From IMG/VR virus record IMGVR_UViG_3300038427_000258, positions 1-51,980 of that record: 51,980 nt of DNA; one strand, given 5' to 3'. Shown here piece by piece: positions 1-9,757 of the stretch (positions are counted from its first letter, which is position 1; each line of letters starts with the position of its first letter). The stretch is from a virus. Taxonomy: Duplodnaviria; Caudoviricetes. Under the pieces are notes generated by a model, which was not told the DNA's origin, ran no database searches, and saw only the letters and a program-made list of their open reading frames with translations. A program made the translations under genes and the position numbers.

Positions 1-127
1 CAAGCGCGCCGTTGACGCCAGGGAACGCAAGCGCAAAGCAGACAAGCGCCCCACCGACCTCATCGACCCCGACAAGGATTGCCGCGATGCGGGAAATGCC
101 ACTCCAACCCTCGCTAAACCCCAAACC
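1..127. repeat. Terminal direct repeat, copy 1 (identical to 51854-51980); probably an assembly overlap of a circular genome
   Basis: Exact 127-bp match to the window end; 127 is a common assembler k-mer; an ORF runs through the junction. Confidence 0.95.
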
Positions 128-166
128 AACTAGCGCTCAATCGTCATATGCGATACCACTCCTGTC

Positions 167-691
167 ATGCGTACCTCATGCGGGATGGACATACCCGCTC
201 TTGGCGTTCCAGCCTCTCTCGTCTCTCGCCCCATCCCTCGCACGGTTGGCTGGTTCACCGCTCATCGCGTAGGCGATACTCATCATGCCCACAACTATGC
301 GTTCGTTCCTCAACCGCTAGCTGAGTTCGATCAACTCTCGCGTCCCTGGCGCGTCTGGCGAGCTAAGCGTATCGAGATACCCGCACCCGCCATCGCGGCC
401 GCGCGTAAACGCAAAGACATCGCCGGTAAACTCTTTGTCTTGTGGGCATCCGAGCGCAACGCGCGCATCCTGTACATGCTCACCCGTTCCACCCAGCGCC
501 GGCGCTTCTGGTCCCCCGAACAACTCCGTCTCCGTCGCCGCATAGACCGTCTCAAGAAGCAACGCCAGCTAATTGAGCGCACGTTAGTTGAAGCGCTCAT
601 GCTTAAGCATCCTAAACGATGGCCTAACTGGAAACCGGAGATGCCGAAGGTCGATGGGGGGCTTGCGCCCCGGGCGCGACGAAAGGTCTGA
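167..691 (+). CDS. Hypothetical basic protein
   Basis: Long ORF on the late strand; Arg/Lys-rich; start uncertain (167 or 185). Confidence 0.6.
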   Translation: MRTSCGMDIPALGVPASLVSRPIPRTVGWFTAHRVGDTHHAHNYAFVPQPLAEFDQLSRPWRVWRAKRIEIPAPAIAAARKRKDIAGKLFVLWASERNARILYMLTRSTQRRRFWSPEQLRLRRRIDRLKKQRQLIERTLVEALMLKHPKRWPNWKPEMPKVDGGLAPRARRKV

Positions 692-753
692 GCTTGTCAA
701 CCGCAGGAACATCGCGCATAGTGTGTGTAACGCGGCTAACGTAGGGAGCGGTT

Positions 754-1245
754 ATGACAGGGGAGCAGTTGCATTTTCGCTATTTAATGAATCTGACTGG
801 CGAGTTGCGGGGACGCGAGCCGGAGTGGGCATCCGCGTCGGATGCATATCGGCGGGCGTGGGATGCGCTCGCGGCGGAGCTAAATGCAGACGAGCATGTC
901 ACAGATCGGCTTCTCGCTGAACGCAACCACCTTTTGAACATGGACGAGCTGGAATGTGGCGCACACGGTAAGGGTTGCGTACCCGGGGCCATCCAGGCAG
1001 TCAAACAACTCGCGTCGTTTGTTCGCAAACCCGAACCACCTCCGCCGGACCACAATTTAGAATTTCATGGCTTGCACGATACTGACGCGAGCAAATGCGC
1101 TTGCCAGAAATCCAGATTCAACCCTACCGAGCGCGTAATGTACAATCCGGCAATGCGCGACCTGATCAGAGAGAAGGTGTTTTCGTCCCCCTGCACTTGC
1201 GGCGAGAGGACGGCCAAGCACTTCCCCGACTGTCCGATGGCATAG
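754..1245 (+). CDS. Hypothetical protein with C-terminal Cys/His (Zn-binding-like) motifs
   Basis: GGGAG Shine-Dalgarno (SD); CxC and CTC..H..C motifs; stop abuts the next ATG. Confidence 0.75.
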   Translation: MTGEQLHFRYLMNLTGELRGREPEWASASDAYRRAWDALAAELNADEHVTDRLLAERNHLLNMDELECGAHGKGCVPGAIQAVKQLASFVRKPEPPPPDHNLEFHGLHDTDASKCACQKSRFNPTERVMYNPAMRDLIREKVFSSPCTCGERTAKHFPDCPMA

Positions 1246-1593
1246 ATGGACTACGAAGAATTTCTGATGCCGGAGCAGTACGCGGACCTGTTGCGGCCCT
1301 CGCGAATGCCGCCTATAAAGGCGTTCTGGTACGCGGTGCTGCGCGATGCGCTATGGTGTATGCAGTCAACGGCAAAGAACGGGCAGATGGACCGGCAGCG
1401 CAAGGCGGACCGCGCGTGGGTGGAGAGCTACAGCCGGGAGCCGGGAAGCTTTTTGTTTGTGTGCGAGGTCATCGGGGTGGATGCGCAGGCGTTGCGCGAG
1501 CGGATACTGAGTGGAGGGCCCGCGATAAAACTGAGGAAAAGTCCGGTGATGCGCGGAGCCAAGATAAGGCTGCCGCATCGGAGGGTGGCATGA
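1246..1593 (+). CDS. Conserved hypothetical protein (LMPEQY...AVLRDA...W...SFxFVCExxGxD family)
   Basis: Motif pattern recalled from a family abundant in Binatota/deltaproteobacterial genomes; ATGA overlap with the next gene. Confidence 0.8.
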   Translation: MDYEEFLMPEQYADLLRPSRMPPIKAFWYAVLRDALWCMQSTAKNGQMDRQRKADRAWVESYSREPGSFLFVCEVIGVDAQALRERILSGGPAIKLRKSPVMRGAKIRLPHRRVA

Positions 1594-2003
1594 GGAAGCT
1601 GATTTATCTGGTCGCGCTGCTCGCGGCTTTGGCCCCAAATGCACGGGCGGGCATCGTCATCCCGGCTGGTGGGGGGCCGCTGATGGCGACCTTTGATTTC
1701 ATCGGGACGCCGGGCGCCAGCCAGAAAGAGGCGTTCACCTGTGTGTATCCAGTTACGGTGCCGACCAATTTTCTGCTGCCCACCAGTCAGGTGACATGCG
1801 GCAGCAACCCGAGCGAGCAGGACATCTATACGGTGAAGATAAACGGCGCCACGGTCGGGACGATTACGCTCTCGACCTCATGCGGGGTGACGCTGGGGAC
1901 AGCGACGGCGACGACGTGCGCGATCGGCCAGAGGTTTGAGATTGATGCGCCGGGGACGGTGAGCGGCGCGGACATCGCGTTCGGGATAGGGATCAGCCGA
2001 TGA
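1590..2003 (+). CDS. Secreted beta-rich protein (signal peptide, 4 Cys), possible virion decoration protein
   Basis: MRKLIYLVALLAALAPNARA|G signal with AxA site; ATG 1590 overlaps the upstream TGA (ORF-track start 1095 is too long). Confidence 0.8.
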   Translation: MRKLIYLVALLAALAPNARAGIVIPAGGGPLMATFDFIGTPGASQKEAFTCVYPVTVPTNFLLPTSQVTCGSNPSEQDIYTVKINGATVGTITLSTSCGVTLGTATATTCAIGQRFEIDAPGTVSGADIAFGIGISR

Positions 2004-2102
2004 CACGCCTCTTCTACGCCATCGCGCTGGTGGGTGCGTGAAGCGCATCCCCCTCATCGCGCTGTGGTTGCTGGCCCTTTGCTGAGTGACCTTGGAGATT
2101 TT

Positions 2103-3590
2103 ATGAAACGAATTCTTTCGATTCTGTTTTTCCTGATGATGGCGCTGCCAAGGCTGGCGCATGCGCAGTATTACCATGCCAGCTTCTTTAACGGCAGCAC
2201 CACACTGACCGCAACTTGTACCAATACGTCGGGCAGCTATACCTCCTCAGACGTATTTCTAGGGACGGCACAAGGAAACACGACAGTCACGCTTCCGGCG
2301 GCGTCGAGTAACTGTCTGGACTACGACATCATTGATTTGCGATTCACCCAAGCGGCGAGTCAGTCCTACACGTTGACGGTCAACGCAGGGGCGAGTTCGC
2401 AGGTCAAGATTATCTCGAATGGCGGTGTGCTGCTCGCGGCTCCGACTGGCGCGGCATCTGGCGCGGTGAACGTGCTACATCAGATTTGGGTTCACGATGC
2501 GGTCGCGACAACCGATACGTGGGAATTGGTGACGCAGGAGACTGGCGGTGTCAGCGGAATCACCGTCAACGGCGGCATCGCTCAGACTGGCTCTAGCTTT
2601 GTGACGGCTATTGGAACACCGTCGGCCCCGTCTATCGTGTCGGGCTTTACCGGCGGCACAACAGATTACTATTTCTGCGTCGCTGGTGACGTGAACGCGA
2701 CGACGGGAGGTGTCGGCACCACGATCCCCTCAGCGGGTACCGGCACCACGGGCACCACGGGCACGATGTCCTGCGGTGGTCAGACTGGTACGATGATTTA
2801 TTATCTCCTGCGCAAGCTTGTATCTGCTGTGCCGAGCGGAACGAGTACGTTTCTGGTTGGTTCTTGTACGACTACTTCGGGAGTAGCTTGTGATGTCGCA
2901 GATGCTGGTAACACGCTGACCACGTTCACCGCCAATATTGGCGATCTAACAGGTTCTGTGAGATTATCCGGAACGGCCACGTCTGCCCCTTATCTGGTAG
3001 TGACTGAGGGAACCGCCGCGTCTACTTCAGTGATGGGTCCGGTGCCGGGTTTTACGACCTTAGATGCTGGTTTGTGGCTAGGCATTGCGCCTGTCAGCAC
3101 TAGTATTACTAATTACACACTTGAAGGTAACAGTGCGACCACCAACGTTAATGCGGCGAGTGCAAGCGTCAACCTTCAGTCAGGCGGCACAACTTACTTC
3201 ACAACGTCTAGTAGTGGTTCGGGAACGACCACCACGCCAATTACTTCAACCACTGGCGCAATTGGCCCCACTGGCGGCGGTGTCCTGCAATCCTATGGCG
3301 GCACGGCTCCGACTCTCACGGCGGGCTGCAACGGTTCGGGCGCGAGCGCAATAACCGGCACCAATACCCACGGTCACTTCACGACCCAAACTGCGGCGGC
3401 GACCACCTGCACTGTGACCTTTTCCGCGTCGGGCGCCTTCCATGCCGCGCCAGATTGCGTGTTCTACGATAACAACGCTGATGCCACGCCATTAACCTTT
3501 AGCACCGGCGCGATTTCAACAACGACGGCGGTGGTCGATTTCAGCAGCCTTACCGCGACAGACATCGGCTATATCTGCATAGGTAGCTAA
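2103..3590 (+). CDS. Secreted Thr/Ser/Gly-rich fibre/spike-like protein (signal peptide, 10 Cys)
   Basis: GGAG SD; MKRILSILFFLMMALPRLAHA|Q; C-terminal FxxAPDCV...YICIG module typical of phage fibre/spike tips. Confidence 0.8.
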   Translation: MKRILSILFFLMMALPRLAHAQYYHASFFNGSTTLTATCTNTSGSYTSSDVFLGTAQGNTTVTLPAASSNCLDYDIIDLRFTQAASQSYTLTVNAGASSQVKIISNGGVLLAAPTGAASGAVNVLHQIWVHDAVATTDTWELVTQETGGVSGITVNGGIAQTGSSFVTAIGTPSAPSIVSGFTGGTTDYYFCVAGDVNATTGGVGTTIPSAGTGTTGTTGTMSCGGQTGTMIYYLLRKLVSAVPSGTSTFLVGSCTTTSGVACDVADAGNTLTTFTANIGDLTGSVRLSGTATSAPYLVVTEGTAASTSVMGPVPGFTTLDAGLWLGIAPVSTSITNYTLEGNSATTNVNAASASVNLQSGGTTYFTTSSSGSGTTTTPITSTTGAIGPTGGGVLQSYGGTAPTLTAGCNGSGASAITGTNTHGHFTTQTAAATTCTVTFSASGAFHAAPDCVFYDNNADATPLTFSTGAISTTTAVVDFSSLTATDIGYICIGS

Positions 3591-3592
3591 AG

Positions 3593-4069
3593 ATGAAATG
3601 GGCAATTAGCGCGCTATTTCTTCTCGCTCTCGCGGCGGTTGTTCATGCGTCCTCTTATTCATGGCCTACTCCCGCGAGCACACCATCCGCCTTTGTTGGC
3701 GTCACGGTTATAGCGACGCCCGCGCCAACGCCCATTCTAGGCGAGCTTTGTTTTCAAGAGTTCGGGCCCGCGCCTACCTACAGCCTTGTGCAACCGACCA
3801 CCTGCGGCCAGAACTTCACCGTGACAGCCAATGACATCGTTTGCACCGGCATCTCTATAGGACCGCCGCAATCGTCTGGCGAACCGAGCGGACCGTTTCC
3901 TTCGACCGTCCAACTCAACGTCAACTCGACGGCCTACAAGAACGTGCCGGTCAATTCGAGCACTGGCTTAATAGGATGCGACCTGATTGTCGGACAGCAA
4001 ATCATCTACGTGCAGCTGATCGGCCAAGCCACGTTCGGGACCGCAACCTCGCAGATTCAGTCCCAATGA
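3593..4069 (+). CDS. Secreted protein (signal peptide, Pro/Thr-rich N-terminus, 4 Cys)
   Basis: [19 protein letters not shown]|S. Confidence 0.8.
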   Translation: MKWAISALFLLALAAVVHASSYSWPTPASTPSAFVGVTVIATPAPTPILGELCFQEFGPAPTYSLVQPTTCGQNFTVTANDIVCTGISIGPPQSSGEPSGPFPSTVQLNVNSTAYKNVPVNSSTGLIGCDLIVGQQIIYVQLIGQATFGTATSQIQSQ

Positions 4070-4076
4070 GCAATGC

Positions 4077-4799
4077 GTGAAACCTTATCGCATCATCATA
4101 GCGTTGACGCTGCTCGCGATGTTCGCGTTGGTCTGGCGGGCGAGCGCGCAGGAAGGGCAGAGCTTTTTCTTCAACGAGTTTCCGCAGGGGCAAACCGCCA
4201 CAGCGACCGCGACGCCCACGCCGACGCCCACAGCAACTCCCACTCCGACCGCCACAGCCACGCGTACCCCGACTCCGACAGCTACCGCAACTGCTACACC
4301 CACCCCCACTCCAACCGCCACGACGACCATGACGCCGACACCGACTGCAACCCCGACACCTACATCCACGGCAACCGCGACCCCAACTCCGACCGCGACG
4401 CCGACGCCCACGCCGACCCCGACTGCTACAGCCACGGCCACGGCAACCGCCACGATGAGTCCGGTGCCGACCATGACGCCGGTGCCGACGCCGACTCCCG
4501 TGCCCGGTACTCAGAAAGGTTGGGTCTCGCTAATTCTCTATAAGGACGCGCCAGATGCCGATCTACCAGTACGAATGCAACAACGACCACACCTTCGAGG
4601 AATGGGAACCGCTGGGAGCGGCGACCACGCGGAAGTGCAACCAGTGTCAGGCCCGCGCGCATCGCATAATGAGTCCCGTATCGATCAACTTCGACGTGCC
4701 GTGCGGACCCGCCGACTTCAGAGACTCGCGCCGCGAGAGCGACTACGATCGCAAGCTCGCGGGAGCGTTCAGCCTCGGCAGCGCAATCCAGAAGGCTAA
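4077..4799 (+). CDS. Secreted mucin-like Thr/Pro/Ala repeat protein; the true 3' end may be near 4543
   Basis: GTG start; signal ending ASA|Q; about 100 residues of TATPTP repeats; ORF overlaps the next gene by 245 nt. Confidence 0.7.
   Translation: MKPYRIIIALTLLAMFALVWRASAQEGQSFFFNEFPQGQTATATATPTPTPTATPTPTATATRTPTPTATATATPTPTPTATTTMTPTPTATPTPTSTATATPTPTATPTPTPTPTATATATATATMSPVPTMTPVPTPTPVPGTQKGWVSLILYKDAPDADLPVRMQQRPHLRGMGTAGSGDHAEVQPVSGPRASHNESRIDQLRRAVRTRRLQRLAPRERLRSQARGSVQPRQRNPEG
4192..4505 (+). repeat. Coding low-complexity (ACN-CCN/GCN)n repeat encoding TP/TA
   Basis: Directly visible degenerate hexamer repeat with wobble-position variation. Confidence 0.9.
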
Positions 4800-4818
4800 T
4801 CAGGGAATGAAGCAATGA
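4555..4818 (+). CDS. FmdB-family zinc-ribbon protein
   Basis: [12 protein letters not shown]...CxxC...RIMS signature; AAGGA SD. Confidence 0.85.
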   Translation: MPIYQYECNNDHTFEEWEPLGAATTRKCNQCQARAHRIMSPVSINFDVPCGPADFRDSRRESDYDRKLAGAFSLGSAIQKANQGMKQ

Positions 4819-5021
4819 AGCTGCGAGTGAGCGCGAAAAACAAGGATGAGGCGGTGGCTATGTCGTGGATCGCGCAGAAGGTGTTCATAGACAATCTTGC
4901 AACCGCATTGGAATGGCCGTTAGACAATTCGCGGGCGATAATTCTGACGATCACAGACGCCAATCACGGTGCGGTGGCCTCGCGCTTCCGCCCGTATTAC
5001 GACGTGAAGATTGAGCCATGA
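4815..5021 (+). CDS. Hypothetical protein
   Basis: ATGA overlaps at both ends. Confidence 0.7.
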   Translation: MKLRVSAKNKDEAVAMSWIAQKVFIDNLATALEWPLDNSRAIILTITDANHGAVASRFRPYYDVKIEP

Positions 5022-5512
5022 CCGAACTTAATGGCGATACCCCGCCCATTCCCAGGGAGCGGAAGGCACGGCGCATTCCGCGCTCGCCGGAAGGCTGGAC
5101 GCGGCGCCTGCGCGAGCGCTACGACCAGCTCGTTCAACTCGACGAGTACAAGGGCTGCACCGACCGCGACCTCGAACGCAAGCTGCGCCGGGACACGCTG
5201 GAAGGCTTCAACCGGCTCACGTCGGCCGCGATGAGTCACGGCCATCCCGAATTTCTGCTCCGCGTGCTGCGTGAGACGGCGCGCGTCACTGGCCTCGCGG
5301 CGGGCGACGTGAACATCAACATCGCCAACGGCACATCGGAAAGCCTGCCTGATTTGAGCAAGGTGCCGGATGAGGAATTGGAAAGATTCCTGAGTCTTGC
5401 GCAACCTGTGGCGATAGAAACGACCGCGACCCGCATCGAGGAGAAGCATGGAGAGCCCGAACGGAAAACCCGTAATAAACGCATTTCGCACCGTGAGCGG
5501 AGCGACCCCTGA
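5018..5512 (+). CDS. terS: Putative terminase small subunit
   Basis: Helical protein upstream of TerL with VNINI...DLSKVPDEELERFL tail typical of TerS. Confidence 0.55.
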   Translation: MTELNGDTPPIPRERKARRIPRSPEGWTRRLRERYDQLVQLDEYKGCTDRDLERKLRRDTLEGFNRLTSAAMSHGHPEFLLRVLRETARVTGLAAGDVNINIANGTSESLPDLSKVPDEELERFLSLAQPVAIETTATRIEEKHGEPERKTRNKRISHRERSDP

Positions 5513-5669
5513 AGAGACCTGCGAAAAGGTCAACGCGCTGCTCACTGAGTTCGCGGTGGTACATTGGAATTTCGCGGTGATAGACAACCGGGTGGTACTG
5601 ACGGCGTTGCTGCTCAGTCTCACGGAGCTGCGCAAGCAGCAGATAGCGCAGGCGGGGATGCGACACTGA
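5448..5669 (+). CDS. Hypothetical protein
   Basis: GAGGAG SD; coding-like codon use. Confidence 0.65.
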   Translation: MESPNGKPVINAFRTVSGATPEETCEKVNALLTEFAVVHWNFAVIDNRVVLTALLLSLTELRKQQIAQAGMRH

Positions 5670-5776
5670 GAACCTGCGTGGTGTGCGGAGATGACTTCGA
5701 GGTAGACAGCAAGCATCGGTGGGCCAAGACGTGTAGCGGGCGGTGCCGGACGCGGCGCTGCCGGCGAAGGAGATAG
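5666..5776 (+). CDS. Small CxxC...CxxxC zinc-ribbon protein, probable CTG start
   Basis: RTCVVCGDDF...KTCSGRCRTRR; CTG overlaps the upstream TGA (CTGA). Confidence 0.55.
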   Translation: MRTCVVCGDDFEVDSKHRWAKTCSGRCRTRRCRRRR

Positions 5777-6049
5777 TTGGCCGCGAAACGCTCCAAACTA
5801 CCCTATCGGCTTGTCAAAGTCGAATGGGAAGATAGCGCGCGTCCCATCGCAGCGTGGCAGTGGATTTCTGACTACGAGCTTCCACAAATCGTAAACTGTA
5901 TATCGGTCGGATTCCTGATAGCTGAAACTAAGCAAGCGGTTGCGATTGCTCCAAATCTGGGCGACATTGGGGAAGACGATATGCAGGCGAGCGGCATTAT
6001 CCGCATACCACGTTCGGCCATAAAGAAACTGGCCGCGCTCGCCTTCTAG
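5777..6049 (+). CDS. Conserved phage hypothetical protein (VxVEWxD...CxSVGFL...IP family)
   Basis: AAGGAG SD, TTG start; recognisable widespread phage motif. Confidence 0.8.
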   Translation: MAAKRSKLPYRLVKVEWEDSARPIAAWQWISDYELPQIVNCISVGFLIAETKQAVAIAPNLGDIGEDDMQASGIIRIPRSAIKKLAALAF

Positions 6050-6052
6050 AGT

Positions 6053-6286
6053 ATGATCCAAATTGAAATCGGCGGTCTCATCCTGCTCGTCCTTGACATC
6101 ATCCTGCTCATTTGGCTCTCGCGCCTCGCGGGCCGCATCGATGGCCTTACGTCGGAGCCGAAGCGCGGTCCCGGTGTTGTAACGCGGCTACGCGAGGTGG
6201 CGACCGGCGGCCCCGGCTCCAAGCTCCATCTCCCAACCGATTTCGAGAAGGTCGCCAAGGCAAGCGATGATCGAAACGACGCATGA
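6053..6286 (+). CDS. Single-pass membrane protein
   Basis: N-terminal hydrophobic helix IGGLILLVLDIILLIWL. Confidence 0.7.
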   Translation: MIQIEIGGLILLVLDIILLIWLSRLAGRIDGLTSEPKRGPGVVTRLREVATGGPGSKLHLPTDFEKVAKASDDRNDA

Positions 6287-9206
6287 CCGCGCGCAACTCG
6301 CACTTGCCGTTAAGTTTGAACTTTACAAGCGCGACTTTGCCCGATTCGCCCTAGAACAACTTCGCATTAAAGGGGCGAGCCCCGGTCAGGTGCTCCCGCT
6401 CGACCTCTCAGTCAAGCCGGTTCAGACCATGATCTGGGCCAAGGTAAGAGAGCAGCTCAAATCGCAGGGCTATGTGCGCGGGCGCGTGCTCAAGGGCCGC
6501 CAGCAGGGTTCGTCTACCTGTACGCAAGGCATCATGTATTGGAAGGCGAGCACCACGCCCAATTTCGACAGCTTGCTCATGGCGCAGGATGGCGACACCA
6601 CGGGCCGCATTTTCGCGATCGCGCGTCACTATTACGATCACGTCGAGCCGTCTTTCAAGCCGATGATTCGCTATTCATCGAAGGCGGAACTCGCATTCGA
6701 GAATCCTGACCAGCGCTCACGTTTTGACAACCCCGGACTTCGTTCGCGCATGGACTTCGTGGATGCCTCAAAGAAGTTCCCCGGCACCGGACAGACTCGC
6801 CACGGCCTCCATACCTCCGAAGCGGCCAAGTATCCATCGGAGACCATCCACGAACTCGCCGCATCTTTTATTCCGATGCTGCATGACCTCCCCGGCACCT
6901 ATCACCTCGATGAATCGACCGCCTATGTTCTCGGTGACTGGTTCCGACAGGGCTGCGACGAGGCGCGCTCCGGCAAGTCGCGCTATTTCTGGGTGTTCTC
7001 ACCTTGGTATTACGATCCCGAATATCAGCTTCCGCTCGCGAAGGGTGAGGTATTCAAACCCGACGCCGAAGAACGGCGGATCATCCGCCTCGCGGCTAAA
7101 GGCCAGAAAAAAGACGGAGTGCCGCCAGTCGCGATCACTCATCGCCAACTCAAATGGCGGCAGGAAAAGATTCGCGAGTTTGAGCTGGCCGGTCTCGCGA
7201 CCAACGGCGCCGAACTTTTCAATCAGGAATACCCGCTCGACTACGAGTGCATCGCCAGTGGTGAAAGAGTTGGGACAGCAAGAGGCTTGATTCCAATCGA
7301 AGAGGTCCGAGAGGGCGATGTTACGACGATGGGACGCGTCGTACAAACGGGAGAAAAAGGCAACAAACTGATTTATAAATTGACGACGAAACGCGGATAC
7401 AGCGTGCGCGCGACGGGAGAACATCCTTTGCCGACATTGGAAGGCGAAGTTCGTCTTCAGGATGCAATCGGCCATCATGTTAAATTAGGTCGCCCGCAAT
7501 TTGCGAATGCTCCATGCGTCGTCAGATGGGATGAAGATTTTGGCATCGAGTCTCATCTTCAAATCCGAAAATCTTTCGCGCGATTTTTGGGCTATTTCAT
7601 GGGCGATGGTAGTTTGGCTGTCGGAAAAGGAAACAAGAACGGAGCATCCAATATTTCCATCTGCTGTGACGCGCGGGACACCGATGTCGTCAAAGATGTC
7701 TCGGACTTGCTCACTTCATTTTTCGGTCGCCAACCACAAGTGCGCGCAGTAGGAACGAATCGCGGTGGAACTGAGGTACGGACGAGCAGTACTTCGTTTC
7801 TAACATTAGCGAAGCGCCTCGGTATCTATTCGCCAGCAGCCCCGCATCGCAAAGTGTGCGTCCCTGAATGTATCTGGCGTTCTCCCGAAGCGGTTATCCG
7901 CGAATTTTTACGTGGCTTATTTGAGGCCGATGCATGCAAGCGAAAAGCGCGCTCGATTCTTCTGTTCTCCAAATACCGGCATTTTTTGGAAGAAATTCAA
8001 CTGCTGCTGCTCGGCTTCGGTATCGAATCTACGTTGACATCAGGAACTAAAGAAGTCAGCCCCGAACGATCAAAAGATGGCAAGGGTCATTCCTATGTTT
8101 GCAACGAACTCACGCTGCATGCGGTTGCGACGAGCCTGTTTGGCGAGCGGATCGGGTTTGTCGGTCAGCGTAAGTCATCTTCATTCGCGATCGCAAAAAA
8201 ACGTCAAGGACGCAACGCCATCCCCCAACGTGGCATCGATGAAGTAGTAAGCGTGGAACCGTGTGGCTCCGCAGTAACCTACGATCTCGAACTCGAAGAA
8301 CCTCATCTCTTCGACGCGCACGGTATCCTTGTCCACAACTCAGCGTGGATCAGCTTCGATGCTTTCGTGTTCAATCGCGGCAAGCTGTTGAAGATGCAGC
8401 AGAGCGCGCCCGAACCGAAGCTCATGCGTATGCGCGGCGCGCCCGGTTCGCTTCCCGCCGAATCGTCACAGGATCAGTTTGGTCTCGAATCGGAATACCG
8501 TGCGGTGTGGGGACTGCCCGAAAAAGGCAAGTTCTACGACATCGGGGTGGACGTTTCGGCCGGCATCGAGGGTGGCGACTGGTCGGTATTGGAAATCATC
8601 GAGCGATTTTCCAACAAGCAGGTGGCCGAGATTCATCTGCAAGCTGACATCGTGGACCTTGCCGACGAAATCTTCTGGTGGGGAGCCTGCTACAACTGGG
8701 CGCAAGTCGCCATCGAGTTCAACGCCGAAGGCATTTCAGTCAACCAGTTTCTTCAGCGCAAGAATTATCCCTATTTGTACTTCTGGCGCAACCGCGGCGG
8801 CGCGTTCCCGAAGGTGACTAAAATCACGGGATGGAAAACCCAGCGCGATTCCAAGCGGCTGATGGTCACTATGACGCAAGCCAAATTCAATCGCGATGAG
8901 GTGGTCATCAACTCGCGGTGGTTGCTGCACGATTTGAGCAACTTCGTGCGATGGCCGTCGGGCGAAGATTGGAGTTACGGCGCGAGTCAGGGTCACGATG
9001 ACCGCCCGATGAGCTGGATGATTTCACTGATCGCAAGCGACGACGAAACGGTGGGGCTGACTGAGGAGACGAACATCGCGCTCAGACCGAAAAACACCGA
9101 TGCGTTCGACATCAGCTTCATGGAGCCACTCGACAAGACGGACGAAAAACGCATACAACGCTTATATCAACGGAGTTTGGGACATGCCAAAGAAAGCGAC
9201 TGGTGA
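6267..9206 (+). CDS. terL: Terminase large subunit, intein-containing
   Basis: Walker A LKGRQQGSST, Walker B LHTSE, ESTA coupling motif, QEYP, RNase H-like nuclease IGVDVSAG..DWS..IEFN..HDD. Confidence 0.95.
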   Translation: MIETTHDRAQLALAVKFELYKRDFARFALEQLRIKGASPGQVLPLDLSVKPVQTMIWAKVREQLKSQGYVRGRVLKGRQQGSSTCTQGIMYWKASTTPNFDSLLMAQDGDTTGRIFAIARHYYDHVEPSFKPMIRYSSKAELAFENPDQRSRFDNPGLRSRMDFVDASKKFPGTGQTRHGLHTSEAAKYPSETIHELAASFIPMLHDLPGTYHLDESTAYVLGDWFRQGCDEARSGKSRYFWVFSPWYYDPEYQLPLAKGEVFKPDAEERRIIRLAAKGQKKDGVPPVAITHRQLKWRQEKIREFELAGLATNGAELFNQEYPLDYECIASGERVGTARGLIPIEEVREGDVTTMGRVVQTGEKGNKLIYKLTTKRGYSVRATGEHPLPTLEGEVRLQDAIGHHVKLGRPQFANAPCVVRWDEDFGIESHLQIRKSFARFLGYFMGDGSLAVGKGNKNGASNISICCDARDTDVVKDVSDLLTSFFGRQPQVRAVGTNRGGTEVRTSSTSFLTLAKRLGIYSPAAPHRKVCVPECIWRSPEAVIREFLRGLFEADACKRKARSILLFSKYRHFLEEIQLLLLGFGIESTLTSGTKEVSPERSKDGKGHSYVCNELTLHAVATSLFGERIGFVGQRKSSSFAIAKKRQGRNAIPQRGIDEVVSVEPCGSAVTYDLELEEPHLFDAHGILVHNSAWISFDAFVFNRGKLLKMQQSAPEPKLMRMRGAPGSLPAESSQDQFGLESEYRAVWGLPEKGKFYDIGVDVSAGIEGGDWSVLEIIERFSNKQVAEIHLQADIVDLADEIFWWGACYNWAQVAIEFNAEGISVNQFLQRKNYPYLYFWRNRGGAFPKVTKITGWKTQRDSKRLMVTMTQAKFNRDEVVINSRWLLHDLSNFVRWPSGEDWSYGASQGHDDRPMSWMISLIASDDETVGLTEETNIALRPKNTDAFDISFMEPLDKTDEKRIQRLYQRSLGHAKESDW
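7248..8339 (+). mobile_element. Intein (364 aa) with LAGLIDADG homing endonuclease domain
   Basis: Block A CIASGERV, block B TGEH, LAGLIDADG helices FLGYFMGDG and FLRGLFEADA, blocks F/G TYDLEL..HGILVHN, +1 Ser; lower GC than the exteins. Confidence 0.95.
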
Positions 9207-9753
9207 GTTCACGATCGACCCGACCGAGCCGAAACCCGACCTTCTCGAAACGCTTGCGAGCATCGATGTCGCGACCCTCGACAGCACCGAGTGGGAACTT
9301 CTCACGCAGTTCTGCGCCAAGACCCTGCTCGCGCAAGTCGCCAAACTCGATCCGCGTTGGGAACGCCTCATCGAAGCGGCCAAGGTCGAGACGGGCATGG
9401 ACGAATGGAAGTGGCTCGGATCGCAACTCGCCCGCGTACTCGAAAACGGCCAGCATCTCAACGTCGCGCGGCATCCGTATTTTGAGGTAGGCGGCGGTCG
9501 CGTCACTGAAAAACAGTGCGAGTGGAAACCGTGCGGTCAGACCTTCATGCCGGCGTATCCCGGTCAGCGTTATCATTCAAATGAATGCGGGACGCTTGCG
9601 TTCAACGAGCAGCGCAAGGCGAAGCAGGAAGAGGACGATCGCGTCGAGGCGGCGCGTCGGAAGCGATTTCCGCAGCGCCCGATCACGCCAGAGCAGCCTA
9701 CGCTGCCGCAACAGCCGCCGTCGCGCGGGCTTAACCAGGAGTTCGGCAGGTAA
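9184..9753 (+). CDS. Hypothetical protein with C-terminal zinc ribbon
   Basis: CEWKPCGQTF...YHSNEC; lies between TerL and portal. Confidence 0.75.
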   Translation: MPKKATGEFTIDPTEPKPDLLETLASIDVATLDSTEWELLTQFCAKTLLAQVAKLDPRWERLIEAAKVETGMDEWKWLGSQLARVLENGQHLNVARHPYFEVGGGRVTEKQCEWKPCGQTFMPAYPGQRYHSNECGTLAFNEQRKAKQEEDDRVEAARRKRFPQRPITPEQPTLPQQPPSRGLNQEFGR

Positions 9754-9757
9754 TTAA

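Noticed and set aside
1-127. Biological direct terminal repeat
   Set aside because: The length equals a common assembler k-mer and it falls mid-ORF; more likely an assembly overlap, so the true termini are unknown
4192-4505. Possible CRISPR array or DNA tandem repeat (also 27452-27573, 28288-28408, 31836-31935)
   Set aside because: Degenerate 6-nt period with wobble variation encoding Thr/Pro/Ala; no constant repeat with unique spacers; no cas genes
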